Origin: Chrysochromulina tobinii
Taxonomy: Eukaryota
Direction of reading: 5' to 3'
Length of the DNA stretch: 34,171 bases
NCBI GenBank assembly: GCA_001275005.1
Contig: JWZX01002477.1
Coordinates: 1 to 34,171 of the forward strand
Shown here: positions 18,793 through 27,055 of the stretch, in pieces
Layout of the letters: every line of letters starts with the position of its first letter
How positions within the stretch are numbered: the first letter of the stretch is position 1
Notes under the pieces: generated by a model
The model's database searches: none
Told to the model about the DNA's origin: nothing
What the model saw: the letters and a program-made list of their open reading frames with translations, nothing else
Program-made: the position numbers and the translations under genes

Positions 18793-19581
18793 TCAATCCT
18801 CATCCGAATCCTCAACCGAATCCTCATCCTCATCCTCATCCTCATCCGAGGATGAGGACTCCTCCTCTTCCGAGAAACGGTTCCCGGCGACGTCACTTGT
18901 CGCGTAGCAGTCCTCGATCGTGTGACTCGCCCGCCCACAGCGACGGCACCCGTCGAGAGAGTTGCGCAAGCGCTTTTTGGTCGACGACGCGGATGGCGAC
19001 ACGCCCCCACCGCGGCCGCCTTGGCCACCTCGGCCGCCCTGCCACGCTGATTCTGCAGCAGCTGCAGCCCGCTGCTCCGCTGCAGCCGCACGCTGCTCAG
19101 CTGCAGCGTACCTCGGGCGCTGCGGTCCGGTTGGTGCACTCGTTGATGTGGAGGGCGAAGCATCATCGTCCTCAATGGCATTGCCCATCACATCCGTCCT
19201 CGCGAAGCATGCAGTAGCCCAGTGGCCCTGATGCCCGCACCGTAAGCAGCCGTTGGTGGCGTGATACATTTCCTTGCACAAAGCCTTCACGTCCTCGCGA
19301 GACAAATGCGGACGCGAATATGAGCCACCACGCACGGAGTCGATGCCACGATCGAGCATCACCGCTTTCACATGCGCGTCTTCCTGCAAGCGCGCCGCCT
19401 CGTCGGAGCACTCGAGCTTCCGCAGCTTGTACTTCTGCGAGAAGCACAGCGGTGGATGCAGCCGTGTCCATTCGGCGCCGGCACCATCGCGATGCTCTTT
19501 TAGACGTGCAGCTGGGTTGGTGGTGGTGCCGACATAGAAATGGTTTTCCTTCAGCTCCAGCGTGTAGAGGAATAGAGGCAT
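18793..19581 (-). CDS. GIY-YIG endonuclease-domain protein with two CCHC zinc knuckles and an acidic tail, 262 aa, intronless
   Basis: FLYTLELKENHFYVGTT..ARLKEH..GAEWT..P..QED..GIDSVRGGSY; knuckles CLRCGHQGHWATAC and CRRCGRASHTIEDC (CX2CX4HX4C), each followed by (F/Y)Ax(T/S)DVxGN. ATG at 19581. Confidence 0.85.
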   Translation of the reverse strand: MPLFLYTLELKENHFYVGTTTNPAARLKEHRDGAGAEWTRLHPPLCFSQKYKLRKLECSDEAARLQEDAHVKAVMLDRGIDSVRGGSYSRPHLSREDVKALCKEMYHATNGCLRCGHQGHWATACFARTDVMGNAIEDDDASPSTSTSAPTGPQRPRYAAAEQRAAAAEQRAAAAAESAWQGGRGGQGGRGGGVSPSASSTKKRLRNSLDGCRRCGRASHTIEDCYATSDVAGNRFSEEEESSSSDEDEDEDEDSVEDSDED

Positions 19582-19832
19582 CAGGATTTGGAGTTCAAGT
19601 GGCACCGCGCGCGCGCGCGGCCTGTGTTCGTGTGGCGGGCGCTTCACGCGGGGGTTTTCGGGAACGTACCGACCTGTGAACCAAACTTGACAGCTGTGAA
19701 AAATACAGCACGTGACGTGTTTACCGGTACATGTGATGTGCGACCTGGGATCATACAACGTGCGAGGCTTTGCAGATTTGCAGTGCTCGTTTCAGACTGC
19801 AATTTCACACAATGCAACGCACATCTCAGTTC

Positions 19833-21806
19833 TCACGACAAAGACGCATTGCCAGACGAGTTGCCTGGCACCCAGTAGGGGCACGCTCGCACGGGCCGGT
19901 CATCGTACGCGCCCCCCATGTGCCCAATGGAGGCCACGGCCGCCATCGCCACTTGCTGCACCTGATCCGAGTAGAGGTGGATCCCTTTACCCGTTGCCTG
20001 TCCGGCGCAATGCGCGTACTCCTTGCGTGTCCGGTCGTAGCGATTCGTCCTGTTGTCGCACACCTCGCGGCTAAAGTACGTGTGGCCCGACAGGATTGCT
20101 ACGTTGCGGTAATAATAGACCATCTCCTTCTCGGCCTGTGACTCATGCCCGCTTGGCGAGCTCGTATCTTGAACCGAGATGCGGTGGAACTCAACGACAG
20201 CGCTGCCGTGCTGCATCCACATGACGTTCATCAGCTGGGCACCATGGATGCCCATTGCGACGTTACATCCTTCCATCTGGCTGACCTGATGACGAAGCGT
20301 AGTAGCGGATTGGAACAGGATATCGCGCGTTTGCACCCGCTGGTGCCCGCGGCAGATCCCGCCCAAAGTTTGGTGCATCTCGTGGACGCAGTTTGCTGCC
20401 TCATACCGGGGAAACTCTCGATGGGCCTTGTTCCATGTCCACGTGCGCCCGGCGGGCTTGTTGGGATCGGACCTCAATAACAGGCACACCTCCGTTCTCG
20501 ACGGCTCGTGCAACGTGTGATGCGGCCACAGCATGTGGCGCAAATTCATCCTCGTGAGCATGTCCCTGACAAATGCGCGCCAGACGTATCCAGCTTCGGA
20601 GCTCGCGCATGCAAAGTGACGTCCAAACGAGAGGCTCCAGAGCGTGTCAGCAACGCCGCTGCCCTTGCCCTCCGAATCACGGAATTCCTGATTTTCGGTG
20701 ACGATCTTCGGCGCATACGGCAGGATCACGAGCTTATCATATGAGCACCATGGCACTTTGTACGGCGGATCCTTGACCTTACACGACCTGCACCAGGTGT
20801 GCGGATTCAGCACCCGACCTCCGACGAGCGTGCTCCATCCGCTCCTTGATGAATTTGGAAAGACCAGGTAGCTGTGCCGACGTGTGAAGAGCACGTCCGC
20901 CACGGGAAGTTCGGCGTCGCTGCACTCTTGGTCACCCAAGCTGGCACGGGCGCAACCCAATGCTTTGAGCGCTTGCCAAACAGTAAACATTCTCGACATT
21001 CGATGCCACAGATTGGAGGATCCTGACACTGTCTTGCTGCAGCCATTGCAAGCCTTGTCGACTATGAGAAGAAGCCGTGGTGATGCTGACGCAGACGTCG
21101 CGCCCGTTGCGATGGTGCACCGAGAAGAAGTCGTGTTCGTCTGGTTGCTCGACCATCGTTCCAGATACTCGCGCACTACCTTCGCGGTGCTATCGTCGCA
21201 GGGATCTTCCCCACACACGCGAGTTTCCTTGCTGTTCAAGGCATCTTTGTGCCACTTGGGAAGAACTGTCGGGCTGGGCTCACGCGTGTAGCACTGCCTC
21301 TGGCCGTCCACGAGCGTCATGAGTTTGCAGTCGCGGATGTAAACTGGACGGAACCCTTGGAGCGTCCTGATGTGGGTCGGAGACGCAGCGGGCCGTTGGC
21401 ATGCATCCTCTTGCGCGACGCGTGCGCATTTGCCTATCGGCAGCCATCCATCCATGGTGCCGCAGCGGACTGAGACGTCACGCAGCACTTGATCTGCGCG
21501 TGGCACACCAGGAGGCAACACCAGGCTCTCTGTGCACCCACGTGCATCAAGGCCGGCAAGCACCCAACCAAAGGCACCGGGCTTCTGCCTCCAATGATGG
21601 AAGGCGCGGCATCGGCCATCGTAGTACCAGCAGTCTGCAAATCCTTGGCTTACACGCACTTGTAGAAGGCGGCGCGATACGGACTCTTCACACTTCCTCG
21701 GGTTGTTGTCAAAGAGGTTGCACGTGTCGGCAGGCGTGCGGTGAGCTGAAGGGCATGTAGTTGGCGGCTCAGCCAGTGTAGTGAAGGCTGCGAGGCTGGA
21801 ATGCAT
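19833..21806 (-). CDS. Glycosyltransferase family 61 (DUF563)-like protein with Cys-rich N-terminal region, 657 aa
   Basis: C-terminal QVSQMEGCNVAMGIHGAQLMNVMWMQHGSAVVEF..YYYRNVAILSGHTY matches the GT61 GxHGAxLxN signature; NLWH upstream matches the N-x-(W/Y)-H motif. Confidence 0.75.
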   Translation of the reverse strand: MHSSLAAFTTLAEPPTTCPSAHRTPADTCNLFDNNPRKCEESVSRRLLQVRVSQGFADCWYYDGRCRAFHHWRQKPGAFGWVLAGLDARGCTESLVLPPGVPRADQVLRDVSVRCGTMDGWLPIGKCARVAQEDACQRPAASPTHIRTLQGFRPVYIRDCKLMTLVDGQRQCYTREPSPTVLPKWHKDALNSKETRVCGEDPCDDSTAKVVREYLERWSSNQTNTTSSRCTIATGATSASASPRLLLIVDKACNGCSKTVSGSSNLWHRMSRMFTVWQALKALGCARASLGDQECSDAELPVADVLFTRRHSYLVFPNSSRSGWSTLVGGRVLNPHTWCRSCKVKDPPYKVPWCSYDKLVILPYAPKIVTENQEFRDSEGKGSGVADTLWSLSFGRHFACASSEAGYVWRAFVRDMLTRMNLRHMLWPHHTLHEPSRTEVCLLLRSDPNKPAGRTWTWNKAHREFPRYEAANCVHEMHQTLGGICRGHQRVQTRDILFQSATTLRHQVSQMEGCNVAMGIHGAQLMNVMWMQHGSAVVEFHRISVQDTSSPSGHESQAEKEMVYYYRNVAILSGHTYFSREVCDNRTNRYDRTRKEYAHCAGQATGKGIHLYSDQVQQVAMAAVASIGHMGGAYDDRPVRACPYWVPGNSSGNASLS

Positions 21807-23169
21807 GAGAGTCCGATCCTTCGTTGCACATGACGCGGCCCGAAGCGCACTCTTATACCGGTACCTTTAAAAAGAGCTCTGGTGACCGTTTCAAAGACAG
21901 TGGTGGCACACACGGTTCACACACACGAACGATCACACGGGTCAGAACCCACGCACGCACCAGCCAAGTCCCAAGAGCCAACCGCCCAACCCCCGGCCAA
22001 CATGCTTGGCGAACTACTGTACCCGCGGTATGATTCTTTGCCTTTGGGCGCGCATGTTGATCCCCGGCGCCCCGCAGGCGCCGCTGTTGAGTTGTGAACG
22101 TGTAGTGAATGTGTGTCGCGCGGCGTCTTAACCGTGGCGTCGGCCAGGAACGAAAAGGTTCGTCAAAAGTCTCGGTTTCGTCATGTCGTTGTGAGCTCCT
22201 CGGAGCCTGGCACTGCGCAGCGTGTGAGCTCACCTCTCGTTCTTGTTCCCCTTCCATGGTTCGGTGCCTCTTCACCGTCATCTTGTTGCTAAGTTTCAAC
22301 GATTCAGTGGCGTGGCGCACGCGTGCGCATGCGCCACGTGTCAAGAGCACAACCGATCAATCCGCTATTCAGCCGCCTCTCGTGGCTGGCCCCACTCGGA
22401 CTCGCTTGCGGCTGAAGAAGAGGAGTGATGCGATGGCCTACGCGCAACCTTCAGAACTCTTCTGGTTCGAGCCTCCGCGGAAACAGTCCGTCGATGAGAG
22501 TTCGAGAGGTTCGACACAGGAACGCGCTGGTGTGGCCGATCACCACCGATCACCACCCGGGCTTGGCATGTGACAACAAGGCGCGCCGTGCCTTGGCATG
22601 TGACAATGCGCCGGGGGCTGATGCTATATTTTGCGTGCGATAGACGTGGTCGCACGCTCTCGATGTCCTAATCTAGGACGGCCGCTGAGTATGGTAAATC
22701 ATGACGGGAAACCGGGTGCGCGGGCAAGGCGCGCCGCACACTGTCACTGCCACGAAAGTTTTGTATTAACACATGACGCTTTGAGCTCCATAGGAGCTGG
22801 ATGGATGAAGTGTTTCAATAACGATGTTTCATCTCCCATGTACGACTACATCTTGACAGACTACAATTGCTGCTCGCCGCTCTCTGGCCGGCTGTCCCCC
22901 GAGCTCCCCCGCCCACAGTACCGCGGGCATGATGTGAGGCCACAGCGGGTCTATGAGGCACGACTGCCTCCGTTCCGAACTACGCTAAGGACACAGCAGC
23001 AAGATGAGAGCATAAGCCGTCCGGCGATGCGAGTCCACCCACAGTGCCGGCCGGACCCTGCTCAAGCACAACACGCCCTCTGGCAACCTGCAACCGCCAT
23101 TGAACCGCCACCAACGATGAGAGATGGTACGAGGCAGGTACAAGTAACAAGGTAGATCAAGACCTGTGG

Positions 23170-23969
23170 TCAATGCGATGGCGGGTCGGCCACCCACAAG
23201 ACGAGTGGCGCGTCGACGGCGAGGTGCCCCCCCTTTGGCAGGCTGAGCTGCAGGCTCAGAAGGCCGTCCTCACCGTCCATCAGATGATTGCCCACTACTG
23301 GCGGGCACAAGCGCAGCGTGGCATGCGCTTGGGGGGCTGCGTGGAGGAGCGCATCAACGAGGGAGCTTCCAAACGGTTCAGTGAGGTCGTGACCGTCACT
23401 CACATTGAACGTGGCCTGGAGTGCACGGTAATCCAACTCCTTCGGCCACGTGATGGCGTCACTCTCGATCGACTTCCAAACGACCCTGGTCTTGGTGACG
23501 CGGGTAGGATCATGATCATCACAGTCGACGCCACTATTCCCGCTGAAGACGAGGGATAGAGATGCCTTGCCTGGGAGCCCATGCACCGCGCCCCACCGCA
23601 ATAACACGGTGAGCCGAACAGCACGATGCGAGGCTGCTGAGCCCTTGTGCATACTGAAGAGCTCAAGATGCTTCACGATGGTTTTCACTTGAGTCGCGGA
23701 GAGGGCGATGGCGACCGCCGGCTGGGTCGGGGCCAGCGTCGCCCTAGCGTGTCGCGTGATCGCCGTCTGTTTGTGCGCCGCGTCGAGCATGACCTCCCGA
23801 CGCAAGAGAAGGAAGCGCACGACGTGTTGGACGGTGTCTGGATCGAGGCCCTTACGCTGTAGCACCCACACGTAGAAAGGCAGCAAGGGCGGCAGGTACA
23901 CGTGGATCAGCGTGGTCCGTGCGACGCCTCTTGTATCGAAGAGGGCACCGTGGCGGTCTCGGCACGGAT
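23170..23969 (-). CDS. Hypothetical protein segment, probably the 3' exon or frameshifted half of the gene starting at 25079
   Basis: 243-aa ORF begins with GTG, not ATG, and its frame stays open up to 24000, overlapping the end of the upstream ORF. Acceptor-like CTCCTTTCTGCAG ends at 23970. No family recognised. Confidence 0.45.
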
Positions 23970-25079
23970 CTGCAGAAAGGAGCCCACTAGCCCTGCCTTG
24001 TCACGAACCCCACTGGTGCAGACGTCTGTGAGGAGATTCAGTATCGAGAAAGCGAGCACGGGCTCGGCCTCTGACGGATGTGCCGAGGCGCCCGGGAGAG
24101 CGTGCTGGCGCCTGTGCATGAGTGCGGGAGCCGGTACGACGGTCCGATGGCCAGTCATCGAGATCTCGATCTCGTTGGTCTCGGGGAGGAGCTTGAGGCA
24201 TCCCGTACTATAAATCCCACCCTGATGATCCCATCGCATTGCGCGGACGATATTATAATCGACCACGCTCGCAAGGCGGGCCAGCTGCTCGAGAGCCGCG
24301 TAGACCGGCGGCGACAGGTGGAGCCAGAGCCACACAGGCCGCTCGCTCTCGCGCCTGGCACGCCGCTGGACGTCCTCCAGAAAGCATTCGAAGACGGCTC
24401 TCCTCCAGTCGCCCTCTGCTGCCTTGGCGGACGGTCCGAGCCGATGCCACGTGAGCTGCTTCAGAGCTTCGAGATTGAGGAGCTCGGTCGTGCCATCGTA
24501 TATGTTGCGTGCGCAAGCCGGCTTCGAAGCCCACTGCACCACGAACGCGCCAGGCGTGACTTTGGGGCCAGGCGTGGCCGATCTCGCGGCCTTGGCGGGA
24601 CGCTTCCCCTGCGATTTCACGCTGGGCTCCGTTTGGGGCGATGCAATGGCGGCGACGACGGCGACCGCTGACGACGGGCCGGGCGAGCCACCCGCGTTAT
24701 TGGACGCGAGGCGTGGGCTCACTCGAGGCGCGGGAGGCGGAGGAGCAGGCTCGAAGCCGATCACCTTGCCAGCCTTACGGCCGTCACTGGTGAAGACTCG
24801 AAGGCCGTTCACCCCAATCTTCACACCGTCGACGTTGCCGTCCACCTGCAGATTCTTGTAGTTGGGTTTGTTACCGTGCTCCTCATCGTATGCCTTGCGA
24901 GCGGCCTTGACAATCTCCGCAAGCGTGCTGGGAGAGAGCACGCCTCGCATCAGCGACTCGACAAGGACCTCGTTCGGCTGCGATGAGAGCCAGTCGCGGA
25001 GTGCATCTTTCTTTCTTTGGCGCTGCTCCACGTGTACCTGCCAGTTGTTTCGGCACGGCAGACGCGCGAGGCTTTCCAT
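23907..25079 (-). CDS. Hypothetical protein with a possible split Tudor-like barrel
   Basis: Long ORF with first ATG at 25079 (MESLARLPC). GLRVFTSDGRKAGKVIGFE..[low complexity]..FVVQW..YDGTTELLNLEALKQL loosely resembles Tudor folds (weak inference). Confidence 0.5.
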   Translation of the reverse strand: MESLARLPCRNNWQVHVEQRQRKKDALRDWLSSQPNEVLVESLMRGVLSPSTLAEIVKAARKAYDEEHGNKPNYKNLQVDGNVDGVKIGVNGLRVFTSDGRKAGKVIGFEPAPPPPAPRVSPRLASNNAGGSPGPSSAVAVVAAIASPQTEPSVKSQGKRPAKAARSATPGPKVTPGAFVVQWASKPACARNIYDGTTELLNLEALKQLTWHRLGPSAKAAEGDWRRAVFECFLEDVQRRARRESERPVWLWLHLSPPVYAALEQLARLASVVDYNIVRAMRWDHQGGIYSTGCLKLLPETNEIEISMTGHRTVVPAPALMHRRQHALPGASAHPSEAEPVLAFSILNLLTDVCTSGVRDKAGLVGSFLQIRAETATVPSSIQEASHGPR

Positions 25080-25498
25080 CCCACGTGCGAGCAGAGGGGC
25101 TCTCGCGCGCTCTCGCTCGAAGCCGCCCTCGCTAGGTAGCTCGCTCGCTCGCTCCACGCGCGCCGTTCCCGCGTGAATGGTCACGTTTCCCCACAAGGGA
25201 GTCGGCGAGTGCGGGAGCCCCTCACGCTCGGCGTGGGAGCCTCCATTCACAATGAGAAAGGAGGGACTGCAGTCTAGTCGGCGGAAAGATTTTACCGTCG
25301 CCAGCCGTATCACCTGCACACCGTCGCCTTACCATCGTGTAGTGCCAGACCCCGCCGCGGAGCGCTCCGTCTTTCTCGTGACTTGACGACTTGACTCATC
25401 GTGAGCCTCCCCGTTGCCCCACAAGTTTCGTTCACGGTCACTTTCGTCGTGCTCATTCACGCCTCTCATTCGCGCCACGATTCGACTTCTCTGCTGCA

Positions 25499-27019
25499 AT
25501 GAACGAGTTCGAGGCGATGATGCGTGCGCGCCTCGAGGGCAGCGCGGCCGTAGCGCGACCTTCGTCTGTATCGCAGGCATCGCTCCCGCAGTCACGTCCA
25601 ATTGGAGGCTCCTCGCAGCAGCGTATGGCCGGCAGCTACTCCGCGCGCCCCGTGAGCTACCTGCAGTCCCAGGCGGCACCTCCTGCAGCAGCAGTGGCAG
25701 CGGCACGGCCGCCGCAGCAGCTGCAATCAGCAGCGGTCGAGTACGACGACGGCGCCGGCGTGCTAACGCCCAACTCGCGCAAGCAGGAGGAGGCCCGGCG
25801 GTTATCAGAAGGCCAGGGGCAGGCTGCTGCTGGTGGCACTGTGGCTGCGACTGGGGCAGGGCCGTCGCCACAATCCACGGGCTCGAGAGGTGCAGGCCCG
25901 TCCGATGGTTCGCTCCTCGCGCTTGGTGTCGCGACACGCGACGGACTGAACGAGGCGCAGATGCAGGCGGCGAGCCACGCGCCGTGTTCGGCTCTCATCA
26001 TCTTCGCGCCGGCGGGCGCCGGGAAGACGCTCACACTCGTGCACCGCGTCTTCTTCTTGTGCGGCAGCGGCGGCCTGGTGCCCTCGCAGGTGCTGTGCCT
26101 CACATTCACGCGCAAGGCGGCCGTTGAGATCCGCGGTCGGCTGCACCAGGCGGCGGGAATGGTCGATGTCGAGTGTGCGACCTTTCACGGATGGTGCCTG
26201 CGCCTGCTGCGCACCTTTGCCCACCTCACTGGCCGCCGGCCCGACTTTCGGCTCGCCTCGCACGCGCAGCAGCTTGGTCTGCTCAAGGAGGCGGTCTATG
26301 CGTGGCAGCGTCAGCAGGGCATCAGCCCACCCGACGATGCCGACGCCGAGGCTGAGGCGGCCGGTGGCGCAGGAGGCGGCGGCCGTGGTGCCGGCGCCGG
26401 TCCCGTCATCGGAAGAGGTGCGACGCCCAGGCACGCAACGCCCCACGGCAGCGTGCTCCCGAGCGGCCTCACGTGCCGCCGCGCGTCCGACGCGACCACG
26501 ATGCTGTGCCGCAAGCTCCAAAAGGCATTCCGCGACGTCAAGCTCCTCGGCCACCAGGTGGGTGAGCAGACGAACGCCCTCTTGATGTCGGAGATGGGCC
26601 AGTTCGTGCTGGTCCAGTACGACGAGCAGATGCGCCGCTGCGGCCTCGTCGACCTCGGCGACCTGCAGAGCATCGCCATCGAGCTCCTCGGCCACGCTCC
26701 CGTGCTCGAGAGCCTCCGGCGCAAGTACCGGCACGTGCTGGTCGACGAGTACCAGGACACGAACAAGCAGCAGCTCCAGATCATCAAGCTCCTGTGCGGC
26801 GTACAGCCGGCCCCGAAGCCGGAAGGGCGGCGGGATGATCCTCGGGGTGAATCTCGGGGTGAATCTCGGGGTGAATCTCGGGGTGAATCTCGGGCTCCGA
26901 AGCCGGATGGGCGGCGGGAGACCCTCGACGGCAGCCGGATGCGCCCGCCTGCGATGGCGCTTGCCGCCCACGGGCCGCTGGCCGTGCCGCCACCACCGGG
27001 ACCGCCGCCGCCCGAAGCC

Positions 27020-27055
<36 letters not shown>

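Noticed and set aside
18793..19581. Penelope-like retroelement or retroviral gag
   Set aside because: No reverse transcriptase, protease or LTR-like repeats nearby.
18673..19681. CCTGTGAAC at 18673 and 19673 as a 9-bp target-site duplication around the GIY-YIG gene
   Set aside because: No terminal inverted repeats lie inside it, and a 9-mer match between two ~200-bp flanks is plausible by chance.
19833..21806. Nuclease plus glycosyltransferase as a restriction-modification-like pair
   Set aside because: GT61 enzymes act on proteins and glycans, not DNA, and this one has a Cys-rich, extracellular-looking N-terminus; adjacency alone is not evidence.
22631..23155. 174-aa plus-strand ORF
   Set aside because: Non-ATG start in the track, no recognisable motif, and composition resembling intergenic DNA.
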